This document shows, piece by piece, positions 41,301 through 52,650 of a stretch of 61,738 bases of DNA (positions are counted from its first letter, which is position 1; every line of letters begins with the position of its first letter). The translations under genes and the position numbers were made by a program. This DNA is from Octopus bimaculoides (Eukaryota): the NCBI RefSeq assembly GCF_001194135.2, contig NC_068983.1, forward strand, positions 165,580,932-165,642,669. Reading direction: 5' to 3'. The notes under the pieces were generated by a model. It was not told the DNA's origin, searched no databases, and was given only the letters and a program-made list of their open reading frames with translations.

Positions 41301-44300
41301 TCCCTGTATATGGCTTGTACAGCGCTCACTAACCATTCTTCTATCCCTAGTTTCCTCATTGACCACCAGATAAGGGAACGGGGGACCCTGTCAAAGGCTT
41401 TCTCCATGTCAACGAAAGCCAGGTACAGAGGTTTATCTTTGGCTAGATATTTCTCCTGCAGCTGTCTTACCGGAAATATAGCATCAGTGGTGCTTATCCC
41501 TGGCACAAACCCAAACTGCATCTCGTCTAGACTGACTCTCTCCCTAATTAGTTGGGCTATGACCCTCTCCGTAACTTTCATTACCTGATCCAACAACATG
41601 ATATCTCTGTAATTATTTGTATCTAATGCATCACCTTTACCCTTGTAACAGTTGACTATGGGGGTGTTACACCAGTCATTGGGTATGACTCCTTCATGTA
41701 TCACCTGATTGACTATATGGGTGAATAGACTATAACTGACACACCAGATATTTTAAGCATCTCTGCTATGATCCATGATGGGCCAGGGTGGGTGGCTTTT
41801 CCCTTCTGCTGCTTGTAAATAGTTAATTTCTGTTATTCTTGATTTTCTTCTGGAGTAGAAAAGTAATAATTCAATGTAAAATATGAACCAGGGAAGGAAC
41901 ATTTGAATCCAGTTAAAGTTAAGTTTTGTGTATTGCAGGGATTTAGGAAAAGCCCCACCAACACCCCCCACCCTTCTTCATCTGTATGAATCTAAAATAA
42001 AACAAAGTGAAGGATCAAATCTAATTAACTCTTGTGATAACAACACACCCAAGACTGTCCTGGTTTATCACAATCGTCATTGTTTAACATCCATTTTCCA
42101 TGCTGGCATGGGTTGGACAGTTTGACAGGAGTTGGCCAGCCAGAAAGCTACCCAAACTCCAGTTATCAGTTCTATGATTTTAACTGCCAAACACCCACTT
42201 AATGATGAAAATTAATTAAATGAAATGAATTTCATGTATTTCAACAGAAATATGATACCGAAAGGGTTTAAAAAGTATTGTGTATTGTTGTTTCTTTTTA
42301 CTGTTATATGTAGATTTAAGTTTTGATGTCTTTATTTCTCTGTGCTACATGTTAGGATAGTTCTGCTGCTCTGCAAAACCTTTTTAAATATTTCGACATG
42401 GCAGAATAATTCCACTACACAACAGCATCCTTTTAAGTCTATGTGGTAAAATAATATTTCTGCTGCACAGCACTATTTTGTTGAATATTTTGTCCGGTTT
42501 GTCTTAGCTCTAAATGGTTCATGCTCGTTTACAGCCATCACATGATGTCAAGACAAGATTACACAATCATTTATACATCTAAATTTATAAATATATGTAC
42601 ATACACACACACGACAGGTTTCTTCCAATTTCTGTCTTGCAAATCCACTTACAAGGCTTCTGTTGAACCAGAGCCACAATAGAAGATACTTGCCTAAGGT
42701 GCCATGCAGTGGGACTGAACCCAAGACCACATGGTTGGGAGCCGTGCTGCTTAACCGTACAGCCACACCCGGTCTGTCTAAAATTGATGAATCTGGGTAA
42801 CATTTGAAGAAATTTCTGTTCAGTTTATTATTTCTCAAAAAATTGTGATTTCTGTAATTAGTGTGAAAAAAAAAAACTACGCTTGTGTAGAAAATGTCTT
42901 TAAAATTGGAAAGAGGTAGTTTGAACCAAAAAGAACCCTAATCCTGATTAGATGGAATGGCCAGATCTGGAACGCCTTTGATCATAGATTCCCTTAATCA
43001 GGGCTGATCTGGGACTTAAACAATAACAACAACTATCCATTAATCACTTTGTTGTTTTAATTAATTTTTCTGCTCACATCATTGTTCTTTGTTTGTTTTC
43101 AGGTGTATTAAGCTGTCACTGGTCCATGACTTAGCAGAGAGCATTGTGGGGGATCTTGCTCCCTCTGACAATGTTAGCAAACCAGAGAAACGGCGTCGAG
43201 AAGAAGTAGGTGCATTCACTTTCTGTTTTGTCGTCTATCTTTTACTTATTTGACTGTGGCCATGCTGGGGCACTGCTTTAGTCAAACAAATCAATCCTCT
43301 GGAATTATTTTTTTTCTTTAAGGTTGGTACCTATTCTGTCAGTCTCTCTTGCTGAGCCGTTAAGTCACGGGTACATAAGCAAACCAGTCCTGGTCATCGA
43401 GCAGTGGTGGGAGACACATACACAAAAACACGTACACACACATACATATGTATACAACGGGCTTCTTTCAGTTTCCATCTACCAAATCCACTCACAAGGC
43501 CTTAGTAGGAGAGACTAATCCAAGGTGCCATGTCGTGAGACTGAACCCGGAATGTTACCTCACAGCCATGCCTTGTTATATTTGTAGAATATACAGAGAA
43601 ATGGGTTGCAGAGTTAAAACATTGTACAAAATAATTTGCAGTATTTGGGTAACATCCTGTTATGTTTCTACATAAAGTCCTTTCGTCCCCATGTGTTTAA
43701 CAATATGCTTAGTTACGTTATTTACATTTGACAGATAGTTGTCCTCATCTTGTTTGTTGTTAACACAATGTTTCAGCTGATATACTCTCCAGGGTCAGGG
43801 CTAAATGGATGCCCAGAAGACGGATGAGAACCCAGGTTTGAAATTTCCCCAAGACACCTGATGAAGGCTGGAGGGTATATCAGCCGAAACGTGTTAACAA
43901 CAAAACAAGATGAGGACAAATATCCGTCAAATGTAAATAATATACATAATTCCTCATCTCTTAAATATAGAGCTGTAAAATGCTTAGTTTAAGTGCTGGA
44001 ATTGATATACTCAGCAATGCTGCTCCCTTAGAATGTATCACCTTTGTTAGAATGCATTGTTGTTGTTGTTATGGTGATGAGCTGGCAAAATTCTAAGCAG
44101 CATTTCATCCGTCTTTACATTCTGAATTCAAATTCCAATGAGGTCAACCTATTTTATTGATCCCAAACAGATGAAAAGCTAAGTACCAGTTGTACGCTGA
44201 GGTTGATGTAAACTTAACCCATTCTGCGAAATCGTTGGCCTTGTGCCAGCAATTTGAAACCCGTGTGATAGAAAGTAATTTGGATTATCTTTTTAATCTG

Positions 44301-47300
44301 TTAATCTCAATGTTATTGTTTGAAATTATTCTCAGTACCAGTATCTTTTGTCTTTCATTTATATGTTTCTCTATTTGCAGACTGCCATGAATCTGATCAA
44401 AGATATGGTTGGTGGTGCTGTGGGACAAGAATTTTTCCAGCTTTGGCAGGTTTGTAATTTCATATTTGCCTTTCATACTTTTAGGATCAATATAAATAGG
44501 TACTACTCAAATACTGGAGCCAATGCAATTAGCTAAACCTCCCCTCCCCCCTCTCTCTCTAAAATTCCTGACCCCGCACCATAATTTGTAACCATTAGTA
44601 GTAGTAGTAGGAGGAGGATAGCAGAATTGTGGAAGCAGCAATATACTAAAGGAGGGTAATTAGCCCCATTCTTCTACATCCTGAGTGAAAATCCTGCTTT
44701 AGCTACCTTTACCATTGATCTGCGGTTGGTTGAATAAATACCAGTCAATTTTACAGGAACATCTCTGTATCTTGTTTGAGTGAATCCTTTAAAACTAAGT
44801 GTAAGTGCTATCATCATTTTATGTCTTCTTTGTTCCATGCTGGCATGGGTTGGATGGATTGACAGGCTCTGATGAGTCCAAAGACTGCATCTTGCTTCAA
44901 TAGTTGCTCTGGTATGGTGCCTATAGCTTGATGCCCTCTCTAATGCCAACCATTTTGTAGCATAGATTGGCAGCTTTCTTCTTCCATGGTACCAGCACGA
45001 GTGAAGTTGCCAGGGCCATGCAGCCTGCAAGACTAAGATCTCTTTGGACTGAATAGGGCTCCAGGAGTGACAAAAGCAGCTTTATGCTAGAGAAGGGATC
45101 AGAATAGAACTAATTTCTTGCTGTTGAGGTGCTACATGTCTGCTTATAGAAGCGAGGGTGTCAGAGTGGACCCACAAGATATGAAGTGAGTGGGGACAGC
45201 AGAACAGGGAAGTGTGTAGAGAGAGAGAGGTTAGAAATGCTCACCTCTTGGCTGATAAAACCATAATTTATTCAGTCACAAGCTGTATCATCTTTGGTCT
45301 CTTGTTTCCAGTTGAACTGAGTTTCCTTTGTTTTCGATGTCTCTTTATATAGGAGTATGAAAATGTATCAAGCAAAGAGGCTGAATATGTTAAAGATCTG
45401 GACAAATTTGAAATGGTCCTGCAAGCTTATGAATATGAACAACTTGATCGAAAACCAAAATCTCTTCAAGACTTTTTTGATAGCACTAAAGGTAAGGACA
45501 AAAAACTCTTTTCCTTCTGTCCACTTGTGTTAATACTCATCATAACCTAGTCTTGGGATACGTATCTTTGCTTTCTTGATCGAAGCAAGAGTTAAACATT
45601 ATCACTTCACCTTTCATAATCAGAGAGTAACCATTTGACATCAATGCTCAAACAGATCAGCTGGAGTTTACTGAGGAAGATTTTCTACAAGTTGACCCCT
45701 TTTCTGTTGCCAGCCCTTGTTTCCAATCAAGGTAATATTTCCTTGTGGAATTACATGTTTTCCACAGAGAACTGGGAATGAGCAACATTACTTGTATGCT
45801 GATGTGGTGCTTCTGTACAACCATGACATGATGCGAAGACAAGGCTGTGCATGAACACACAGTCAGCCCAATGCTATAGAAGACACTTGCCCAGGATGCC
45901 ATGCAGTGGGAGTGAACCCTAGACCACATGGTTGGGAAGCAAGCTTCTTAACCACACAGTCACATCCGCTAACCTTTCCTGAGTGGATCAGGAATTTATT
46001 TCGTTTTTGGATTTGGTTTGCAAGATTCTTTATGTGAGTTCATATGTTGAAGCATATTCTGTTGTGTCTGGAGAGAGTCCTTCTCTTTTGGTGCCTTATC
46101 ATTTAACACACTCACCAGTAAAGTTTCCACCCATGTATTTTTCTAAAATTTTTGTTGCATCTTGCAACCTTTTCAATAGATGTTGAATCTGTCCGTTATT
46201 GAAGCTGCATTCTTTTTGATTGTTTGTGCGCATGTGTGTGTGCATACACATGTAAGTATGCATGCATGTGTGTGTGCATATATGTATGTGTGTACGTATG
46301 TATGCTGCTTGCATATTCATGTTTGTGTGTGCGTATGTGTGCTTATCTATCCATCTGTATGTCTATCTGTTTACATTCATATCCATATGCCTACATACAT
46401 GTGCATATTCACATGTACACACTCACATCTATCTACATAACAGCCCACAAACTATTCTACACTACTTGTGGGTATGGTGGTATGATATCTACTATTTATA
46501 TTTCCTATTCAGTACTGGGGATATTTCATTTATGAGGACATACTCCCGTATTTGTCTGAGTGCTGGGTCTTTTGGGTGCTTGGATAAAATGCGGATGTCA
46601 AGTTGACCCAAGTTGCCTCCATGTTGGTCCTTGGCATGTTGGTAGAGTATGGAGGACTGTTTTTTGTCGTCATATTGTCTCAGATGTTCATTTAGTCATT
46701 CCGCAATGCTCCTAGATGTCTCCCTTATGTATGTCATGTTCATGTCTTTACAAGCACCTTCTATGCATCTTATGCTGTAAACTATATTTCTAGTTAATGC
46801 CATGCAGTTATCGTTGATGCATATGGTATTCTCAAAGGGGTAAGTCCTGCATAGTTGTGATCTGACAGTTCCCTGGCTTTTCAACAATCTGAATATTGAG
46901 TTTGGTCCCCACCACGTGTTCACCTTGTTTGCTTTGTCACAAGTTCTTTGCATCCTATTCCATTCTTTGTTTCTATATCTAGGGCAGGTACCACTGGTCT
47001 CATTACATATAATGTTATCTAATTTCTTTCTAGCCCCACCCCTCTCCCCTGTATACTCGAACCCTGTCTTTCTGATCATATCCAGAGAACTGCATGTGGT
47101 GCATGAAGTTCTGTACATGTTTCATAGGGTTCGCATAGTGGGGACACGTTATTCATTATCCTAACTAGGTCTGCTATCAGTATGTTGGTTTTCATGTTGC
47201 GTGACAAAGCTGAATTTTTGTGAACAACATATTTTGAATCTATGGGTTTCATGTAATAGGAGTGGAGGAGCTGCACTCTGTTGTTCAGAGTCTCTAACCA

Positions 47301-48556
47301 AAGTGCAGTGTCAAGGACGAGAAGTCTATTGTTGAGATGCCTACTGGGGTAATCTACAGTTACCTTGATACTTTGGTGGATGGAGTTAGCTACATACTGG
47401 ATGCTCCTCTCAGTTTCTACATTACCGTTACTAGAATTGGTCTTAACTATGATATTAATGTCATCTGCATACCTACAATAGAATAGAAGAGTTGTGGACT
47501 GTTCCGCTAAGGATTGCTTAAGTTTTCTGTCCCACCAGGTTATGAAGAGGCCAGCCACATCTCCAGCTACACCAATGGCTGCAACTTGAACCTGCATGTA
47601 TAGTTTCTTGTTAAACTTTACTATGTGGTTCTTACGCTAGCCCCTATTGCATGTACAATCATTCCTTTCACCTGATTGTTGTTCTCAGGGTCTTGGTGGG
47701 GCAGAATCTACTGAGATCATGGTCGTCTAAATACTCACTCGTAGCTTAGTCTAAGGAGGAGGCCCAGTTCCCTCATGTTGACCTCGCACAACTCTACTTC
47801 ACTCTTACAAATTATCTCAATGCAATTTCTCCACAGCAAAATCCATACACACACACAAGGAGACAGAGAAACACAAACACAGCCACACAAACTTGAATAT
47901 GCAGGCAGAATACATACACACAAACAAACAAAAAGAATGCAGCTTCACTAACAGATAGTCAACAACTATTGAATAGGTTGCCATACAACGAAAAATTTTA
48001 GAAAAATGCATGGGTGGAAATTTTACCAGTGATTGTGTTAAATCATAAGGCACTAAAAGAGAATGACCCTCCCCAGACACAACAGGAATTTATTCTTACA
48101 GCTAATTGTACTATTCACTCTAGATTTGAACTTGTGACAAAGTAGATCACTATTCTATGCACCTCACCATTTTGTTTCTCTACCTGTGCATTCTTTTCTC
48201 AAATAACTTTAGCAACCATGCTAACCTTTTTGATTGATGTTTGACCTTTTTTTTTTGTCAACCATATTTTGGCTGAAATGCATTGCCTTTGTTTCAATTA
48301 ATTTTGGAAATAGTGAAATAACTTTGTCATTGATCTGGTATTTGGTGCATAAACTTGGAATTTTGGTGGAAGGTTTTAATTTAGATCACTTTAAAACAAG
48401 GCATTTGTATGTTTGTATCATGGAACCAGGGTCAATCCCAGGTCAATATTAAAAGAATTAAAAATATATTTTGTTTATAATCTTGCAGGTCACTTCACAA
48501 CTAAACAGGTTCAAAAGTGGATGAGTGAGCTGGAAAAAATCCGAGAGAACTCCTAG
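32900..48556 (+). CDS. HDDC2: HD domain-containing protein 2 (5'-deoxynucleotidase family): join(32900..32962,38403..38527,43103..43205,44381..44449,45353..45491,48489..48556), 567 nt, 188 aa
   Basis: All GT-AG and in frame. Motifs: LVGQLK|R.RRTGW..NV..PESVSDHMYRMAV, LVHDLAESIVGDLAP, EYE...S.EA.YVKDLDKFEMVLQAYEYE. Confidence 0.95.
34345..37566 (+). mobile_element. RTE-clade LINE, near full-length ORF (APE endonuclease and RT), disrupted; in HDDC2 intron 1
   Basis: Endonuclease motifs GVGGIGILL, IISAYAPQ, VAGDFSGHV, IDYIL. RT motifs NYRGIKLL, QFGFVPGKSTTDAIF, AFVDMEKAFDRVP. There is a frameshift near 34940, a stop at 35187-35189, an N gap at 36171-36707, and a (GAT)n-like 3' tail. Confidence 0.93.
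38403..38527 (+). CDS. HDDC2: HDDC2 exon 2 (RIRRTGW...ESVSDHMYRMAV...), 125 nt
   Basis: ttcccag| acceptor and AG|GTAAAT donor. Confidence 0.95.
40103..41772 (-). mobile_element. 5'-truncated RTE LINE of the same family; in HDDC2 intron 2, antisense
   Basis: ORF 41027..41704 contains QFGFVPG, DMEKAFDRVPR and ELLYADDLAL. It is colinear with 35775-37340 and ends in the (GAT)n tail near 40103. Confidence 0.93.
43103..43205 (+). CDS. HDDC2: HDDC2 exon 3 (CIKLSLVHDLAESIVGDLAP...), contains the HD dyad
   Basis: ttttcag| acceptor and GAA|GTAGGT donor; not in the ORF track. Confidence 0.95.
43715..43979 (+). mobile_element. Small insertion with inverted arms, a hammerhead-like core and a 10-bp target-site duplication (Penelope pLTR-like)
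   Basis: Arms 43718-43792 and 43868-43940 are reverse complements with few mismatches. ATGCTTAGTT occurs at 43705-43714 and 43980-43989. CTGATGA..GAAAC lies at 43858-43890. Confidence 0.65.
44381..44449 (+). CDS. HDDC2: HDDC2 exon 4 (TAMNLIKDMVGGAVGQEFFQLWQ)
   Basis: tttgcag| acceptor and CAG|GTTTGT donor; 69 nt. Confidence 0.92.
45353..45491 (+). CDS. HDDC2: HDDC2 exon 5 (EYENVSSKEAEYVKDLDKFEMVLQAYEYE...)
   Basis: tatatag| acceptor and G|GTAAGG donor; 139 nt. Confidence 0.94.
45990..48090. repeat. Inverted pair of a roughly 200-bp repeat (45990-46230 and 47915-48090) flanking the Penelope remnant
   Basis: ctgttgtgtctggagagagtccttctcttttggtgccttatcatttaacacactcaccagtaaagtttccacccatg and its reverse complement are both present. 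Confidence 0.8.
46490..47600 (-). mobile_element. Penelope-like element remnant (RT plus GIY-YIG endonuclease) in HDDC2 intron 5
   Basis: RT-like AIGVAGDVAGLFITWWD..CRYADDI..LLVLD..YMKP. Endonuclease NIVYSIRC..TYIRETSRSIAE*LNEHL..ILYQHAKDQH..RQIREYVLI..LNRK. Frameshifts and stops are present. Confidence 0.85.
48489..48556 (+). CDS. HDDC2: HDDC2 exon 6 (GHFTTKQVQKWMSELEKIRENS-stop)
   Basis: cttgcag| acceptor, phase 1, TAG at 48554-48556. Confidence 0.88.
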
Positions 48557-49659
48557 TCAGTATGTAGGAATATATTTATTAAAATGAAGAAAAAGGCTTC
48601 AAGTTTTTTTGTTATTTCTTTTTATTGTTGATTTCAGAAAATTTTTAATAAACATTTTATTTTTAAGAATATTTCTTTCCTTAAGTTATTTGCATGGCAT
48701 ACTTGCGGAAGGCCTGACCAGTGATAGTACTGGGTGGTCACGTCAGTATTGAGTCCTTCTAGTGAAAGGTGTTTTTAATGCTGCTTCTTCAGTCATGACC
48801 ACCTATCAATACTGATCATGTCTAGATAGACACACTCCATGGTGTCCAGCAGGTCATTCAGGGACATCTTATTGATCGTTTAACGTCCGTTTTTCCATGC
48901 TAGCATGCAACCAGGGTCTGTGAAGCCAGGAGGCTGCACCAGGCTCCAGTCTGATCTGGCAGTGTTTCCCTTCTTAACGCCAACCATTCTGTGAGTGTAG
49001 TGGGTGCTTTTTACGTGCCACCGGCACAGGGGCCAGAGGAGGCTAGCAATGGCCATCAGTTGGTTTTATAGGCAGCACTGGAATCGGCCATGTTCAGATG
49101 GTGCTTTTTACATGCCACTGACATGGGTATCACAGTTGTGAAATTATACAGGCTGTCCACAAAGTCTGGGTACCTGGAGTAAATAAAATCATAATATAAA
49201 CAATTAAATATAAGAAATAATAATTTCCTAAAGTATATGTTAATCCCCATGTACCCAGACTTTGTGGACACCCTGTATTTGTATGTAAGCATATATGCAT
49301 AAGTGTGTATCAATGCATGTATATGTGTATAAAATACACTGCTTTAGAGATTGCTTATTAACAATACTCTCAAATAAAATACAGGCAGGAGTTGTAATGC
49401 TCCAATTGAGCTTAATTCCATTTAATAATTCAAACGGGAGGCAAAGTAAGCAGAAAACTAGAACATTTTAGTTTTATATTGATTTTACTAACGTGGGAGA
49501 ATATACACACACACACACACATATATATTGGATTTTGTACATGGTTATTGGTTATGTTCCTCTGGTTTTCCACTTCGAATTATGTATGTGTGTATATATG
49601 GATGTGTATGTATGTGTGTGTGTATGTATATATATATATGTATGAATGTGTATATACAT

Positions 49660-50560
49660 ATATTTTATAATATAGTATTATTAATATCAGGAAATCAGTA
49701 TTAGAAAATTCATCAGAAAGATATATACATCATCATCATCGTTTAACGTCCGCTTTCCATGCTAGCATGGGTTGGACTGAGGACTGGTGCAATCGGATGG
49801 CTACACCAGGCTCCAATCTAATTTGGCAGAGTTTCTACAGCTGGATGCCCTTCCTAACGCCAACCACTCAGAGAGTGTAGTGCGTGCTTTTACGTGTCAC
49901 CCGCCCGAAAACGGCCACGCTCAAAATGGTGTCTTTTATGTGCCACCCGCACAAGATCCAGTCCAGGGGCACTGGCAACGATGTGTAGAATAATTGTTGT
50001 ATTAAAAATATATGTAAATATGCATAAGTATAAATATATAATATAATAACTTTCCCATATTACTTCATAAAATTTTTTCTAAAAACTACCATTCGTTGAA
50101 TTATACAAATTTCACATTTGATATTTTTTAAGTCTATAAACTATATTTGGAATACAGGATAATATAATGGATTTTACACACAACTATTATGGATTAAAGT
50201 CTCATACTAAAGTGTAATTACCAAAATCAAAAGCAGTAATTTTTAATATTTAATTTATATTTCAAACAAACACCTTTTTATAATATTACTTCATACTTTT
50301 AAAAAAACTACCATTCGATAAATTATAGAAAATTCAATTCTCTGAAGAATGCTTATCAATATAGGATTCCATTATAGGGAAAGCGCTTTTGTGAAACGAT
50401 CGTAAGACGCTTTAAAACTTAATTCAAAATTTTTAAACTATAATATTATATTATATATTTATACTTATACATATAATTTTAACACAATTATTCTACACAT
50501 GTATATATCTTTCTGATGAATTTTCTAATATTAACAATAATGTATTATAAAATCTATATA
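49660..50560. repeat. AT-rich foldback element whose left arm is interrupted by an RTE-tail insertion (49728-49980)
   Basis: attagaaaattcatcagaaagatatatacat|gtgtagaataattg is split on the left and intact in reverse at 50447-50560. Confidence 0.7.
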
Positions 50561-50773
50561 TAATCGCTCGTATTAAATACATAACTACTTTAATAGTATT
50601 AATACTTTGATACAATAGAGCACTCAATATAAATTCAGTATATAATATTCTCATTGAATATATTTAACTAGAGATTTATGAATGTGTATATATGGATATA
50701 TGCAGGTATGCATATAAACATGTATATATGTGTGAGTATGTATGTGTCTGTGTGTACATGTATATATTGTATG

Positions 50774-50809
<36 letters not shown>

Positions 50810-51889
50810 CAAACATTTGAGTGAGATCATTGCCAGTACCGCTGGACTGGCTCCTGTGCAGGTGGCACGTAAAATGCACCATTTTGAGTGTGGCCGTTGC
50901 CAGTACCGCCTGACTGGCATTCGTGCCGGTGGCACGTACAAGCACCCACTCCATTCTCTGAGTGGTTGGCGTTAGGAAGGGCATCCAGCTGTAGAAACTC
51001 TGCCAAAGCAGATTGGAGCTTGGTGTAGCCATCTGGTTTTACCAGTCCTCAGTGGCATCATTGTTGTTGCCACTGGGAGAAGAATATTTCTTTTTCATTC
51101 TGCTTCCGGTTTTTCCTACTCCTTTGGCTGCTTGCTATCTCTGTGTTTTAAGCCAGTTTATTGTTGCAATCAAAGGCTTTCTGTTTATCCATGTTTACTT
51201 TTTGCACCCTCACACATGCACTATATAACCAGAAACAAATTATTTCATGTATATGTATGAAACATCAGTATAAATATCAAGTTGCTACGTACGTTTCACC
51301 ATTCCAATTATTTGGAGCTCAGCATTGGGTGTTCCAAGGGTATTTGGTTGTCTAACTGCAATGAATCATCAAAGGAACACTTTATCGATCTTGCATGGCT
51401 GGAATATTTATATAGTTTGGATTTTTTTTTTTGCTTGCCTTGTGGCATAAGAGGCAAAGGCTAGTTTTTTCTATATCACAAGTGAAATGGAAATCTAAAC
51501 TACATAAGTAAGAATTCATACCACATCGATCAGAATATCCAACTTATCAACTAAAGAAATCTTTAAGAACACACGGTGCTATGATGAGACCCTACATGGC
51601 AGCAGATAATAATGAACAGATCAGGTAGATAGCCATGGAATTTGAAACCCATCACAAGTTACATGCTAAGAGCAATACAATGAGAGAAACTCTAGTGTGA
51701 TCCTTAGAAAAGACACAGTAATCCTCGCGAACAAGAAACATTCGGACCTGACTTAATGACGGGAAGACCAACAATATTACNNNNNNNNNNTGGCTTCACC
51801 TTCCCTGGGTAGGGCTTCCCCAGCCCAGGTGAGTTAGCGGCAGTAACACCGCTCGTTACTCATAATTACCGCCTATTTTGTGCTTTGTG

Positions 51890-52650
51890 GTTTGAAGATG
51901 GTGAAAATATCGAAAATAGAAAACAGGTTCATCTTCAACGCAGTTAAATTGGTGAAAAAAAAAAAAGTTGTCAGCAAGTATGAAAGCATTTGAGAAGTTT
52001 GGTGTTGGAACGACGACAACGAAACAGGAGAAACTGTTAAAAGTCTTATGCTAAAAACGATGAACAAAATCTTATGAAAAAACATTACATAAACTGAAGA
52101 CTGAAGATCTCGATTGCGCACTGATTGGTGGGGGGTCGTCAGCGTCGGAATGAACGCATGTCAGTTAAGGGAACGCTGATCATGAAACTAGCAAAAGTCT
52201 ATTATGAACTGAATATTGGAGGCAGTTGTAAATATTCAGCAGGCTGGTTATATAAATTTAAAAGGCACGGCAATAGACGGAGGTGTGACCAGGTTCTAAG
52301 GTTTGTGGGAGCGAGCACATAAAAAAAAGGCGCCATTACAAACACCAAATGATTTTTAACTCATTTCTCATATTACGTGAAATATTTAATTACTTATTAA
52401 TAATGTAAGTTTGTTCTCCATTCATTAATTTCATGTTTCAGTCACGATGTCATTATGGTATGAAACTTGCAGAAACTGATACAGGTAACGAAAGAGTTGA
52501 AAAAAAAGTCTGCTCGGTGGGAGCGGTCGCTCACCACTGGCAATAAATATTCAAAGATTTGTAAGAATGAAACATTTGCTGAGCAGAGAAATTCATTGAG
52601 GAGTTTACGAAGATCGTCGCTGATGGAAATCTAACAGCAGAACAAAGTAC
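51890..52650 (+). mobile_element. Tigger/pogo (CENP-B-type HTH) transposase remnant
   Basis: DLDCALI..RQRRNERMSVKGTLIMKLAK..YSAGWLYKFKRHG, and later AEKFIEEFTKIVADGNLTAEQ, matching the pogo HTH and pre-DDE motifs; heavily decayed. Confidence 0.7.

Noticed and set aside
44868-44890. Hammerhead-like CTGATGA-GTC-CAAA-GAC
   Set aside because: The required GAAA box is absent after the stem, and it lies in an RTE-tail copy.
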